Notes under the pieces: model-generated
What the model saw: only the letters and a program-made list of their open reading frames with translations
Databases searched by the model: none
Told to the model about the DNA's origin: nothing
Part shown: positions 49,101 to 60,210 of the stretch, in pieces
How positions within the stretch are numbered: the stretch's first letter is position 1
How the letters are laid out: each line of letters starts with the position of its first letter
Position numbers and translations under genes: made by a program
NCBI GenBank assembly: GCA_951804945.1
Contig: OX638150.1
Coordinates: 35,464,001 to 35,528,000, forward strand
Length of the DNA stretch: 64,000 nucleotides
Origin: Podarcis cretensis
Taxonomy: Eukaryota
Direction: 5' to 3'

Positions 49101-50945
49101 CATGGTACCTTCTTGCCATGTGAATATATTTTTGAGAAGATAAACACTCTAGGGTCCAATGTGTGTGCACACCTTTTGCCAGTACTGTGCCCACAATGTT
49201 TGCTTGGGAAATTTGCCATATTTTGTCTCACACTGATTTCAGGAGTTTGTATAGATACAAGAAATCTGCTCCATATACAAAGCCTTTAAATAGAATGCTG
49301 GGGAAACTATTCAAGCTGCGGAGTGAAGCCAAGTGAGGAGATGAGAGAATTCACTTCACATCCTCCTCTCCCACCCCACCCCCACACTGTTTCCCAAATT
49401 ACAAATGACTTTTCCTTTGGGATACACAGGCCTGTGATGCTTGGAAAAAGGAAGCTGAGGAAGCTAATGATCGTGCCAACACGGCAACCATAGAATGTGA
49501 GCTAGCCCGGGAGCAGAGGGAGGCCTTGGAGCTGCAAGTGAAGAAACTCCAGGAGGAAGTGGAGAGGATCCACACTGGCCAGGACCCCCAGTTCCTGCGT
49601 TCGCTCTCTGATGTAGAAACCCTCTCCCTCTCCACACTCTATAATCTCCAAAAACAGCTGCGTGCCAACCTGGAAAGAGTTGATAAGGTAGGTCTGAGTG
49701 AGAAGTCTTGTCCCACAATTAACTTAGCTTCCTTTTTTGAATCCTTAATAAAAGCAGCAACTGTTCAGTTTGCATTTTTAATCCATGGTACATTTTGAAC
49801 CCCATAGACTTGGCAACCATGAAATGTCCCATTCTTTCTTGGATGAGGGGGTGCCGTTTTATACTAGAATGCTCTCAGCTAGCAGGCAAGGCTTATAACA
49901 TGGTAATAGGAAAGGGCATTTTCCTCTGGATCAGAGTATGGTATGTCTGGTACCTGAAAGCAAATCCCACATTGGGCTCCCATGTAATGACTTGGGCCTG
50001 TAGAATGTGCTGAAATGGCACACACAGACTCCCCATGTTTCCGGGTGGTTGAAGGAAGATGGAAAGGGATTTTATTTGGTAGTACCTAACTTGACACTGC
50101 CTTAAAAACATTTACGGTCCCATAGCATTGATCTTGTGGGGGGGGAGAGTCAAAATGTCATCTTGTTTCCCCCACAAAACCTATACTGCACAAGAGCTGC
50201 ATATACACATTTCCGTGTGAGATGGGGGTGGGGTGGGTGGGATTGAATTTGCGGGAATGAACACAGACAATTGGGGGGAGGGTCCTCTTGCCCACACATT
50301 CCATAGTGCTGCTTTCTAGGCAAGAGGAGTAACAGCTGTATCCTATGCATCTTGGGTCCTGGCTGCAGCCTAAGCCACTTCCTTCCTTCAGTGACTTAAC
50401 AGAGCCAGCAGGCTGGAGGAGTCACTGCCAGGAGTTCGATATATGCCAAGTTCATGAGGCATGGCTGCCATCTATGTCATTTTGCATGCCGTCTGCCCAA
50501 AGGCACTCTCAGAACAGGTGACGGGAAGAGGAGAGAGGGATGTGGGGAGGTAAGCCAGATCAGGCATAGGAACAGGGAGGCGGTTGCAGAGAGAGAGGCA
50601 AAGGACTCCTCTGCCTCTTTTGTACTCCAGTTTCTTCCACTGCCCTCCTGAAAATGTCTGTGGGTTCTCCCTTGCCTACTTCTTGTGAATGTCTCTGACC
50701 CTTTAACGGCTGCCTCCTGAGTGTACCAGGGCTCTGTTCTGTTTTGCTGACAACCCCTTTGGTTTTGCCCCCCGTTTCTTTCTTTCCAGGCAGTGTTTCA
50801 GATGCAGTCGGTGAAATGCCTCAAGTGCCAGGAAGAGAACCGGGTGGTACTCCCGTGCCAACACACTGTGCTGTGTGAAACGTGTGCTGAGGAGGGCGAA
50901 TGCCCCATCTGCCATCCCAACAGGCCACACACTCTCCAGTCGTGA
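6708..50945 (+). CDS. UNK: RING finger protein unkempt homolog (six CCCH zinc fingers, disordered region, coiled coil, C-terminal RING-like); 16 core exons, 2430 nt, 809 aa
   Basis: Exons 6708-6805, 25226-25435, 25873-26049, 27544-27674, 27807-27942, 29764-29881, 31145-31229, 33166-33308, 36163-36363, 37482-37550, 38384-38558, 40514-40615, 42918-43106, 47286-47467, 49430-49687, 50790-50945 join in frame with GT-AG introns. Sequence MSKGP...[22 protein letters not shown]...[14 protein letters not shown] matches vertebrate UNK. Confidence 0.96.
8215..8455. mobile_element. Tc1/mariner-type MITE nested in a short palindromic repeat
   Basis: TA-CAGTGGGTCCTCGG...TGAGGTACCACTG-TA; it splits a GGCTGCAATCCTATA...CCCATTGAACTCAATAGG element. 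Confidence 0.8.
9829..10026 (-). mobile_element. RTE-BovB LINE 3' fragment
   Basis: (CAA)n tail, BovB-like 3' sequence (TCATGTCCAACTCTTCGTGACCCCATGGAC), 11-bp TSD ATAACAAGAAT at 9818-9828 and 10027-10037. Confidence 0.85.
10169..10492 (-). mobile_element. Sauria SINE (5'-truncated)
   Basis: ACCTTT-type tail and tRNA-derived B-box GTTCGAATCC on the minus strand; similar to 59833-60210. Confidence 0.88.
11790..11990. mobile_element. Tc1/mariner-type MITE (nested)
   Basis: TA-CAATCATACCTTGGGTT...AACCCGAGCGTCCACTG-TA; degenerate TIRs of the same group as 5598. Confidence 0.75.
12152..12323. mobile_element. TcMar (Tc2/pogo-like) MITE (nested)
   Basis: 23-bp TIRs CCGTATTTTTTGCACCATAACAC (2 mismatches) with TA TSD. 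Confidence 0.8.
14760..15008 (+). mobile_element. L2-type LINE 3' fragment
   Basis: AGGGCCTTCTCGGTAGTGGCGCCC...TGGAACGCCCTCCC ([13 protein letters not shown]-like), 3' stem GCCGCCCAGAGTGGCTGGG, (ATT)n tail. Confidence 0.75.
16753..16995 (-). mobile_element. tRNA/CORE SINE (Squam3-like)
   Basis: Minus strand starts AGAGCCAGTGTGGTGTAGTGGTTAAGAGCGG (A box) with a GGTTCGCGTCT B-box-like motif, then the CORE sequence GGGTGACCTTGGGCTAGTCAC. Confidence 0.8.
19041..19283. mobile_element. Tc1/mariner-type MITE
   Basis: TA-CAGAGGTACCTCGGGTTA...TAACCCGAGGTACCACTG-TA; internal 16-bp tandem duplication GTTACAGATGCTTCAG. Confidence 0.85.
22066..22747 (-). mobile_element. L1-type LINE 3' fragment
   Basis: Poly(A) tail (T-run on plus), ORF2 C-terminal-like peptide ([18 protein letters not shown]...FTPVWLPF), 9-bp TSD GGCAGACCC at 22057-22065 and 22748-22756. 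Confidence 0.82.
23746..23985. mobile_element. Tc1/mariner-type MITE, left end eroded
   Basis: Right TIR CCAAGTTACGACTG-TA; internal CCGGAA/TTCCGG motifs typical of this group. Confidence 0.65.
24625..25200 (+). mobile_element. Old L2/CR1-clade ORF2 remnant
   Basis: Decayed LNPDKTEVL and QIKVLVI-KAL-LG-GYLQD motifs typical of the region downstream of L2 RT. Confidence 0.6.
25226..25435 (+). CDS. UNK: UNK exon 2 (CCCH ZnF1-2)
   Basis: [30 protein letters not shown]...CPEGDE; TTTACAG acceptor, GTAAGT donor. Confidence 0.95.
25873..26049 (+). CDS. UNK: UNK exon 3
   Basis: [58 protein letters not shown]. Confidence 0.95.
27544..27674 (+). CDS. UNK: UNK exon 4
   Basis: [13 protein letters not shown]...[11 protein letters not shown]; GTGAGT donor. 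Confidence 0.95.
27807..27942 (+). CDS. UNK: UNK exon 5
   Basis: [45 protein letters not shown]. Confidence 0.95.
28133..28514. mobile_element. hAT-type MITE
   Basis: TIRs CAGGGGTGAGAACCT / AGGTTCTCCACCCCTG; degenerate 8-bp TSD (5/8). Confidence 0.65.
28843..28892. repeat. (TATAA)n microsatellite
   Basis: About 9-10 pentamer units. Confidence 0.95.
29764..29881 (+). CDS. UNK: UNK exon 6
   Basis: [40 protein letters not shown]. Confidence 0.95.
31145..31229 (+). CDS. UNK: UNK exon 7
   Basis: [28 protein letters not shown]. Confidence 0.95.
32131..32154. repeat. Short interstitial telomeric repeat (CCCTAA)3
   Basis: AACCCTAACCCTAACCCTAACCCC. Confidence 0.8.
32469..32633. mobile_element. 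hAT-type MITE nested in an older SINE/CR1-tail fragment
   Basis: TIRs CATGGGCGTAGCCAGG / CCTGGCTACAGCCATG; 6/8 TSD CATCACAT/CCTCACAC. Confidence 0.7.
33166..33308 (+). CDS. UNK: UNK exon 8
   Basis: [48 protein letters not shown]. Confidence 0.93.
34343..34390 (+). CDS. UNK: Candidate 48-nt alternative UNK cassette exon ([16 protein letters not shown])
   Basis: Pyrimidine tract plus TGTAG acceptor, ACA|GTAAGT donor, phase 0/0 matching the flanking exons, no stop codon. Confidence 0.65.
35428..35696 (-). mobile_element. CR1 LINE 3' fragment
   Basis: (ATTCTATG)n tail, ORF2 C-terminus [35 protein letters not shown]..., 6-bp TSD CACTTC. Confidence 0.9.
36163..36363 (+). CDS. UNK: UNK exon 9
   Basis: [20 protein letters not shown]...[24 protein letters not shown]. 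Confidence 0.94.
36768..36888 (+). mobile_element. Penelope-like element pLTR fragment containing a minimal hammerhead ribozyme motif
   Basis: CTGAAGAAGTGT...ACACGAAAGCTTATACC...TTAGTTGGTCTCTAAGGTGCTAC is typical of reptile PLE termini; 10-bp TSD CCTGAAAAAA at 36758-36767 and 36889-36898. Confidence 0.8.
37482..37550 (+). CDS. UNK: UNK exon 10
   Basis: [23 protein letters not shown]; CTGCAG acceptor, GTATGT donor. Confidence 0.9.
38384..38558 (+). CDS. UNK: UNK exon 11 (contains PAM2-like motif)
   Basis: [15 protein letters not shown]...[20 protein letters not shown]. Confidence 0.94.
40514..40615 (+). CDS. UNK: UNK exon 12
   Basis: [34 protein letters not shown]. Confidence 0.94.
42918..43106 (+). 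CDS. UNK: UNK exon 13
   Basis: [31 protein letters not shown]...SASHGSL. Confidence 0.94.
44422..44714. mobile_element. hAT-type MITE
   Basis: CAGGGGTGG...CCAGCTCTG ends; perfect 8-bp TSD TTTAGAAC. Confidence 0.7.
47100..47126 (+). CDS. UNK: Candidate 27-nt UNK microexon (AGVTNSNSA)
   Basis: TGCCATTTCTTCTCTGTAAG acceptor, CAG|GTACAT donor, phase 1/1 matching exons 13 and 14, open frame. Confidence 0.6.
47286..47467 (+). CDS. UNK: UNK exon 14
   Basis: [61 protein letters not shown]. Confidence 0.95.
48113..48704 (-). mobile_element. Solo LTR (Gypsy-like), 592 bp
   Basis: Termini TGTTA...TAACA, 5-bp TSD GCTGG at 48108-48112 and 48705-48709, AATAAA on the minus strand near 48184. Confidence 0.85.
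49430..49687 (+). CDS. UNK: UNK exon 15 (coiled coil)
   Basis: [16 protein letters not shown]...[14 protein letters not shown]. Confidence 0.95.
50790..50945 (+). CDS. UNK: UNK exon 16 coding part (RING-like)
   Basis: [51 protein letters not shown]. Confidence 0.95.
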   Translation, partial: AVFQMQSVKCLKCQEENRVVLPCQHTVLCETCAEEGECPICHPNRPHTLQS

Positions 50946-50995
50946 CCCTACTAGGACATTTGGTTTAGCATATCACACATAGAACTTTTTAACTT

Positions 50996-51063
50996 TATAT
51001 ATATATATATATAAATATAATATGAATATATATATATGAATATATATATATATATATATATAC
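50996..51063. repeat. (TA)n low-complexity tract at the start of the UNK 3'UTR
   Basis: Interrupted TA dinucleotide run ~50 nt after the stop codon. Confidence 0.9.
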
Positions 51064-53808
51064 ACATAAAAACAAAAATTAGTTGCAGAGCACTTTTTAA
51101 TACTTTGCATCTCCCATTTAAAGGTTCCCCCACCCACCCAGTCCTGCTAAGTCTAACTCCTTAGGGACTTTTATGGCTGTTTTTATGTAGATCAAAGGGC
51201 AGTTTGCAGAGTTTGTTTCCCCTCTCTCCCCCCCTTTCCTATTTAGGATGTAACCCTTTTTTAGTCTTTTCTGAATAAAGATTTAGAGGGAAGGGGAAGA
51301 GGGGCTTGCAAGTGCTTTCCAGGGTGAGGACTGGATCTGTGGGAGAAGAGACACGGAAATCAAATTTCTGATCATGTCTTTGTCCTCCTTCTCTTGGCTC
51401 TTACTTCATCATCATTTTCATCTTTTTAAAGCAGCTGACATGCTCTTAGCCTAACAAGAGAATCCCCTTTGCAGTTCTTCCCCGTTGAGAGCTTCAGGCA
51501 TTCAGAACTCTTGTTGGCCTTCAGTATGGGTGAGGATCTTTGGATATCTGTTTGAAAAACAAGCATTCACTTTTTAAAAGTCTTTTTACACACTTGTAGG
51601 TTTCTACCAAAGCAACAAAAGGAGCAAAATTTCAAACAAACCAGTAATGGCAGGCCAGTAGTCACAATAGTTTTACTCAAAAGCATTACTTATCAGTGGA
51701 ACTTTGTAAAGAGGAAAAGTCAGAGTTGGTGGTCTGTATTCTCTTGGCAATTAGGATGTGCTTCAGAGCTGTGGATAATGCAAATGGAAGGCATTCTAGG
51801 TCGCAGGTAGAGGTGGAAGTGTGAAATGATGAAGACCTGCTTTGGAAAAGCCTGTGTCTTTTCTGGTTGCTTGCTGGAGGTTGGGGCGGGGGTATTCTTC
51901 CTAGGCTTTGTTTTCATTGATAATTAAATGGAGGTAGATGGAACCTTTTAAACTTTTTTAGTCTGCCTAATACAGGCCTGCATAACTTGTGGCCCACCAG
52001 TTAGGTAGGGTGGGCCTTTGGGACTAAATCAGTTTCCTGTTTTTGTCTGCCTGCCTGGGACTGCAGAAATGGGGTATTGGTCAAGTATCTGGCTAGAGGG
52101 TACAATGTTCAGTTGGTCTACATTTGGTCAGCTGGTGCCGTGTTACTCACCCTAAACCTAATACTTGGTACTTCCTGATGGGTAGAAACAATATGTCTCT
52201 TCCCCTGCTGTTCCCATACCACGAATGGTACTGTTACCAGTGTCGCGGTGTAACATATCCACCCTATAGTTCAGACAAGGGTTGGTTTTTTTGTTTTGAG
52301 TGTTAAGAAAAAATCATTCAGGTTTTTTACAGAGCAAGCTCATCTGTTTGCCCTGGACAGCACTTTGTGTTGCTAGCATACAGTAAGATGTGGTGCACCA
52401 CCATGAACTTGGGGAATGTAGAATGTGATAGAGGAGCGGGGGACATTTTCAGAAGTTAACACTGTGTGTTTCTATCTTGCTGCCAAAAATTTGGAGTTGC
52501 ATACTGAATTGAAACATGGATTTCCTTCAGATGTAATTTCTGCAAAGTAATAGCGGAGATATTGTGAGGAAGAAATAATTTTAAATTCACAGCCATGGGA
52601 CAAACACAGAATTTTGCAAATGTTCAGGGACCCCAATATGAAAATGTTTCCAGTGGCAAAAAATAGATTCACAAAATGCAGAACTGGGAGCAGGCAAACA
52701 GAGAATCCAAGATATTGGAATATCCTCTCTTGAAAGATTAGCTAGCTGCTTAGGTGTCAAGTGGAGTTACGTTCCTAATCCGCTTCACATTCTTCTGATT
52801 TATAGTGAATGCCACGAGGCCATAATTAAAGCGCTGTTCGTAGGCAAGAAAAAATGGGGTTGCCCAGAGTCCACAGTGTTTCACTTCTCAAATACATTCC
52901 TTTTCCTTCTGACTAGGGAAACCTTCTTACTCTTCTATCTTACTCCTCACTAGTTTAGGTTTCCGGTGAAGCTTGCCTGTCTTCTTTGCAGGAGGATATC
53001 GTTGGTTGTGATCCCTGTTTAGCTATAGACGATCTGGGGACACCCAAGGCTTTCTATAGTCTTAGGCTGCGTCTGGGATCAGTTGTGTTTGGTCCATTTG
53101 AATTGTGTGCAATCCAATCTTTGTAGCCCAGAGGCTTGGGACTGGTCCCCAACAGATGGGAACATTCATCAGGCATGTATGTGATACACTGTTTGCACAG
53201 CCCAGAGAGTAATTCTGGAGTTGGTGGGGGCCTGATCCTCCTGCCCTTCTGCTTTGGCATCAAAAGCACCAAGCTGAAAATGAGAGACGCTCCCATGTAG
53301 ATGTGCCCTTTCTACTGCTCTGCTCATTCTTACGAAAGATAATCTAGTTGTTCCTTTGGGTTAGCATCTCTGTTAACTCTGGGTCACCTTAGTGTAGCTG
53401 CAAATGCCCTTATTTGTCTGGGTACCTGCAGTAGACAACTTCCATGAAGATGGAGAACATTCTCCCAAAATGACCATAAATCCTGAGTCTATAAATGCAT
53501 TCCTCCTTAATACTGGGTGTGCCCTTGCTAGAGAACTACTTAGACCAGAACCATTTGTCATGGACAGCATTGACTACTATTTATATTGCCCATCTCTTAC
53601 TGGGCACAGTGCATCTAGCCTTGAGGGATACATTTCATAGGTTAGGCTTTTTATACAAATAGACAGAAATCTTTTTGGGTCCCAAGCAACCATCAGCTGG
53701 ATTATCGGAGCAATCATTAATTTATTTCTTGTGCTTTTGTAGGCCAGAATGAATAAGGTTTCCAAGCTCTGAGCAGAACTTAACTACACCTATTAAAAAA
53801 GAAACTTA

Positions 53809-53897
53809 CAGTGCAATCCTAAGCATGTTTACTCAGAAGTAAGCACCATTGAATGCAATGGGGTTTCCCCCTAGTAAATGTGTTTAGGATTGCAGCC
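53809..53897. mobile_element. Short palindromic (~90 bp) MITE-like repeat in the UNK 3'UTR
   Basis: TGCAATCCTAAGCATGTTTACT...AGTAAATGTGTTTAGGATTGCA with central CCATTG/CAATGG; degraded relatives elsewhere in the window. Confidence 0.75.
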
Positions 53898-54866
53898 TCC
53901 ACTAATAATTTCCATTGAGATTAAATTTGCACTCTTCCCAGAGTGCTTTACAAATGGTGTTAACTCACTGATTATGTGTTAACCTTTGATTATGTGTGGT
54001 AGGCTTCCAGGAATATATATTGGAGCCTAAATCCAACTGACTTTCATTGAAATTTGTGGTTTGGAATATTTTTTGTGTTAAGCTTGTATCCAGTAAATGT
54101 GTCGTCCTGCAGTTCCCGAGTGGTAGAACTCCCACTGCAGTTTGTTTTGACTTGTTCAGACATTGCAACAGCCTGTAGGTAACAAAAAGCAACGGTCCAG
54201 TCCAGAAGGACTCTAATCTGTCATTTTGAACTGGGGAGTTTGTTTAACATGTAAAAGTGTAATATTTAGATTTATAATCTCACTCCCTTGCTCACCAGTC
54301 TCTGCTTCATTTGCAGTAGTTGACCCACCTTTCCCCAACCTGGAAAAGCACTGGAAACTCTAAGTTATCATTCTTTTTCATAAGGGTAATCCAGCTACTC
54401 ACTGTCAGGTTTTTCCTCTGGAGTATTTTCATATTTAATGCAAGTACATCATTAGATTTGCTTCCACAATTCCACCCTCCCATATTTGGGGGGCTAATAT
54501 GCATTCCCAGATGATCTCAAAGTGCAGCTCTGTTTAGGATTTTTTTTTAAATTAACTTTTATGTTTGGTAAAACTGCTTTTTTCAATGTGTATATTGTAC
54601 TAGTATCTGTTGTTTTTTTAAAAGAACACCTAATTGGCTTCTTTCTTTTCTTTTTTGTATGGAGAGACGCTGCTGGCTGACTCTTGTGGTTGTGTTCGTT
54701 TTTGGTTGTAGCCTTTGAATGTCTGTGCCATGGGGCTTACCTGGTCTCTAAGGCCAGCAAACATGCCTCAGTCTTAAGGAAAGCTTGTTTGTTTAAAATA
54801 TGTGAACATTTTTAAAACATACACACACAAATTTAAATTATGGGGGAGTAATAATACTCTGCTGGA

Positions 54867-54920
54867 AATAAAATGTACTAAACTATTTTGGTAACTAACT
54901 TAAAGATCATAGGAAATAAA
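54867..54920 (+). terminator. Likely distal UNK polyadenylation signals
   Basis: AATAAA at 54867 and 54915, after a U-rich/TGTA-rich block and before GT-rich sequence. Confidence 0.55.
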
Positions 54921-57900
54921 CTCTTTGAATCGGGTCTACAGTGTTTATACAGAATTGCAGCCATTTTCAGGCTCTTTGGTGGTAACTGGTTTGTAACACT
55001 TAGTTTTGTAAACATTGTGTTTTATTGCTTCCTCTGCCTTTCTATGTGATTGTCCATAGTGAGACGATGATTTTGTGGGGGGCGATTTGTTTAGTCCTGA
55101 ATTGCCACAGCTTTGTGTAACTCCAACAGAATCCTACAGAGGGTGTTAGATGTGTCACTGGTCTCCTCAAGCGTAACTTAGAGGTAGTTTCTTTGTCCTG
55201 TTTTTAAGGCCTGGCAACTCTATAGAATCTTGCTAGTTATCAGATTCCTCTTTCCCACTCCCTGCAACACCCCCCTAGGCAAATTGCTTTGCTGGTGCGA
55301 TGCAGGGGAGAAATTATACCAGAGGCAAAAGCCTGTTTACATTTAGTGCCACAACCCAATCTGTCTGTTTTATTGTGAAGGACCAAAGAATCCAAAATGG
55401 GATTTAAAAAATAAATAAATCTCCCAACCCCACAAATTCCAGACTGCTCCCCATCCAATTATGCTTTTTCCTCTACCTCGTCTCTGTCAGTATAATGCAT
55501 AGGCACGAGGACATAGCAGCAGGCTGGTTTTATCCACACCTGGGAATCGTAGAAGCCCATGCTTCTCTATCCCATTCTTTAGCTCTTTTAAGACGCACTT
55601 TTTTTAGAAAAAAGAAAGCCTAGATTTCTATGAATTTTAATATTGAAATGAAATACCTGAAATGTGAATGCGTTTGTTAGGCACCAAATGGAAAAGCAAA
55701 ACCAATCTGTTTTGTAACTTTGGGTTAAGTTTCTGCATAGGAATTTTTTGTTTACCGGGATAGGGTGGGATGAACCATGAATGAGAGGAAATATGCATAT
55801 TTTTGTTTAACCGAAAGCAAATCTTGATTGAGCTAGTAGTTGCTGATTTGAATAATACCTGCTCAGCACTGGGGGTTTTTTTATGCCAACGGGATTATGT
55901 GATTGGGTTTTGCCTGATGCTAAAGCTATTATTTGGTGCTAGAGTAAATCATCCTAAATGGACAGCCCAAGGAGATGTGCTTGGATTATGAAGGTTCACA
56001 CACTTCTGAGCAGAATGCCTCTTGTATTCCCTCTCTGGCCTCTATGCCAAGGCGTAATGGGGGGGGGGGGGGTCATTCCAAAAGTTTGGGGAGGACCTGC
56101 TAATATGACTAATTTTACCAGCCAAGGGAATATTGTGGTTGCAAAAACCAGAGTATCCAAAAAGGCTGGTAGACTTACCTTGATTAGCAGTAGAGAACTA
56201 TCAGGTAGCTGAAGAATTAGTAGAGAAGTAAGTGTTAAGAATTAACCTGTATATGCTTCTTTTAAAATGATTGGCTTTGTGGGGCTGAGGAATTTCCACA
56301 CATTCGGGCAGATGGCCAAGTAATCATACAGCTCAGAGGTGCTGGGCTATGCTTCTCTACTGCCCTACTTCAGCAGAGGGAAAGCGGCACCTAACAATTT
56401 ATTGTGGGGAATTGCCTATATGCAGCACACAGGGTCTGGGTTTGCATGTAACACTTAAGTGATGGCTCAGTGTTATAAGGCTAAGCTGCAGCCCTGCAGT
56501 CTCTGGTGCATTCACACAGAGGACTTTGCAAGCTTTCACTTCCATTTTAGACTAACCACAGATTCTTGTGACATTTAAATCTGGATAAACTGCATTTAAT
56601 CTTAACTACAGATAGTGAAAGCAACTTCAAACCATGGTTTATAAAGCTGCCTCTCTCCACCCCCATAACCATAGATACAATTAACCTCCGTTTACGGTTT
56701 GGCTGTTCAAGCAGAAGCTTCCAGTTTCCTCCTCGTTGCAGTGCTGGAGGTGGCAAGCAGAGCATACATACCCAAGGTTTCCTTCAGCTTGTCCTTCTAA
56801 TGCTAAACCATCACTTAGCATCACATGTAAACAGAGCCAGAAACCCCACACAGAATTCTTCACAGGAAAATTCCTTTTTCTTTTTAACTTTCCATAAGTC
56901 TCCAAGCTTAACCTGAGCCACTTCAAGGGCTGCACAGCTCAGACAAATGAAGAGAATTTCCTTCCTTAGCATGGAAAGACATAAAGGACTCAACAGTTTA
57001 GTGCTGTCCCACTAGACAGACAGGACTTTCCCATATTGTTTCCTTCCCCAAAAGGGAAAAGTATTTATTATCAGTGTGGGGGGGGGGGTTTCTCATTTTT
57101 TCCCTCCTTTTGATTCCCCTCCGGGATTATATCAGCCTTTAGAGCAATGCAACCGGAAAGTAGATGTTGCTGGCGAAAAGTATTATAAGTGAAGTATTCC
57201 TGCAAACTGGTGACTGTGGATCAAAAGATCTCTGTGGGGCTTCCCCACTCTGTAGCTTCCAATGTTTGAAAGGAAAAAAATATATAAATACATTCTATAT
57301 AAATTCTTAAAATTACACACTACAGTATTTATGGTGGCAATTCTGAACCAGTCTCTCTCCTTGGATTTTCCTAGGCAGGGGAGGGTGGAGGGTGGCTGGG
57401 ACAGAGAGCCGCTCAAGTCTGTGTAGAAGTCAGCCAAAAGGTAATAGGTGGTGTGTACAATGTGGTGTTTGATTCCATTATTATAGACTGTAATGCGGAA
57501 CTGTGATTTCAGCTGTTGTTCTTTCTCGTATTCTGTATATATGTGTGTTTGGCTGTCCAGAAACCTGGTTTTAGACACTCTTTCTTGGCAAAGTGGATTT
57601 GCATGTGGAGCTTAAAAAAATGCAATCTTGTGTCACAATTTCCAAGGGCAGGATGGATTTTCTAGAAGACAATAAATTTTTTTATTTTTTTGCTAAGAAA
57701 AAAAAAAGGCAGCAGTTTTGTGTGTGCATATGTATGTGTGTTTTAGAGTGTATATGTGGTGTCCATGTGAGTTTTCTTAGTACCTTTGATCTCTACTTGA
57801 AAGCTAGAGAGGTTGGGGGGGGGGGACCTGCATAACATTCCACTAGGAAGGTCTCCTGTTCAAGCTCCATGAAGTGGATGGCAGGTATGTGAAGCATCTG

Positions 57901-59832
57901 CACCGTGGTAAAATGAACATGATCCCTTTTCTCTCATGGAACTTGTGCCGGAAGTGATTCTTTGTAGATTGTAGGCCAGGAATGCTGCACAATCACATCT
58001 TTTTTCACCTTCCAGTTGGTTATATAGAAGCAATAGCCTTTGCAGCCTAGAGGACTGCAAAGATAGAACCCACTCAATTTACTGTATTTTATATAAATAT
58101 ATCCCTCATATTGCTCAAGATACAATACAATTTCAGAGTTTTGTGAAAGATCCTTTATCTCGGAATATCTCCCAACACACCACCTGCAACAGCATCTTGG
58201 ATTCCATGGAAACAAAGTTCTAGATCTGGGAAGAATTTGCTTTTGAATAGGAACTTTTCCTCAGCTGGCTTTTTAAGGACCCAACTGGAAATGGGGAAAG
58301 CTTATCTCTTTACTTAGAACTCCTAACCCAGAGATCTCCGTATACTCTTCTCACTTCAAAATTTGTGTGCAGCAGTGTCTTGTCTCCTCTTTCTTTCCAT
58401 TAACATAAGAGAGAGAGAAACAATGACATTTTGTAATTGGCCTCCCAAAATCTTGAATCCAGAATAAAGTGAGCAAATTTGAGAATTCTGGGTTTGGACC
58501 ATGGGGAAAAAAAATGTGGAAATTTACGGTAATAATGCTAATCCAGCTATTTAGTCAGCCTTAAGACCCATTGAAATCAGCAGGACATATTCTTGATTGA
58601 ATTGAGACCCAGTGGTTGCTTAGCCCAAATTGCCCCATTGATTTCACTGGAACGTTTTGCATGATTAACTTTGTCTGAACTAGTATGTAGCTATCTCATT
58701 TGTAGTGGTAGCCAACATGGTGCTCTCCAATTCCTATCGACCCCAGTCAACATGACCAAGTAGTCAGGGATGGTTCAGCAACCTCTGTAAGTCACCACAT
58801 TGACACCCCCTAGCATAATGGTATCTGTGTTTGCTATCTGTCCAAGCTGTCTTGTTTTTGTAATTGTGTCTCCATAGTGATTCTATCCCATCCCCTGTCC
58901 TCGCTTACTAGTATTCTCCTTTGGCTGAGTAAACACAGCCCCAAAGCGTGAATGATTAGGAATAAGTAATGGGTGCAGGCTGGAGAGAGATGGGACACAC
59001 CGACAGCTTCTCAGTGCTAGAATGTAGGTTCTTTGGTCAATCACTGAACTAGAAAAGTAGTACCCACAGGCAAGCCTTTCTGGAAAAATAAAGATTCAAC
59101 CAGACACTCAACTACTCTTAATTAGATGAGGCAGAAGGATCAATCCACATTTCATGAAATCACTACATAGAAGCTGCTGCAGCGGAGGCTAGCTAGCTAG
59201 TGACTTATTTACTTGTAAGACCAGCAAATGCTGAGCTCTACACATGTGTTAATTACTATGCACATGTGCTTTCTATGCCTTGTAACAGGGATGAAGAACC
59301 ATTTTCAGTTTGAGGGCTGTCATTCCCTTCTAGGGATGACGATAAACACTAAATAGAGGGTGGGGCAGCTTATATAAATTATACCTTTGCACTGTAAATT
59401 ATTTTTACACACACTCCTCTCTGTGACCCTCTAGGTGTCACCGGAATACAACTCCCATCATCCCTGACTGTTGGCAATGCAGCCAGGGACTAATGGGGAG
59501 TTAGAGTCAAGCAGAAGCTGATGGCCACAGGTTCCCCAACCCTGACGTAGAACGAGACGCTTTATATAGGTAGCACAAGCATGGCTTGTACAAGTTGAAG
59601 TCTTGCTTCCCTAACATTTTAAGAAGCATCTGGGGGTTAACCAAATAGGTAGAGAAGTGATCTTATAGGCATCATTTACTTTTGGTGACATACCTTCCCT
59701 AAGGCCTCTGCCTGAACTTAGTTGTCTTGGGATAAAATGACAGATCCTCTTTTGCATCAAGATTTGGTTGGCGAACAGGACTCTGCACATAGAAAGAAGA
59801 GACTGTTATCACAGGAGGAGAAGGAGGTAAGT

Positions 59833-60210
59833 GGGACGCAGGTGGCGCTGTGGGTTAAAGCCTCAGCGCCTAGGGCTTGCCGATCGAAAGGTCGGCAGTT
59901 TGAATCCCTGCGGCGGGGTGCGCTCCCGTCGTTCGGTCCCAGCACCTGCCAACCTAGCAGTTCGAAAGCACCCCTGGGTGCAAGTAGATAAATAGGGACC
60001 GCTTACTAGCGGGAAGGTAAACGGCGTTTCCGTGTGCGGCTCTGGCTCTGGCTCTGGCTCTGGCCAGAGCAGCGATGTCACGCTGGCCACGTGACCCGGA
60101 AGTGTCTCCGGACAGTGCTGGCCCCCGGCCTCTTAAGTGAGATGGGCGCACAACCCCAGAGTCTGTCAAGACTGGCCCGTACGGGCAGGGGTACCTTTAC
60201 CTTTACCTTT
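59833..60210 (+). mobile_element. Full-length Sauria SINE
   Basis: GGGACGCAGGTGGCGCTGTGGGTTAA head, B-box-like GTTTGAATCC, (ACCTTT)3 tail, internal (GGCTCT)4 expansion; CpGs well retained. Confidence 0.9.

Noticed and set aside
50943-50954. UNK stop context TGA-CCC-TAC-TAG as readthrough signal
   Set aside because: It is not the TGA-CTAG motif, and readthrough would add only three residues.
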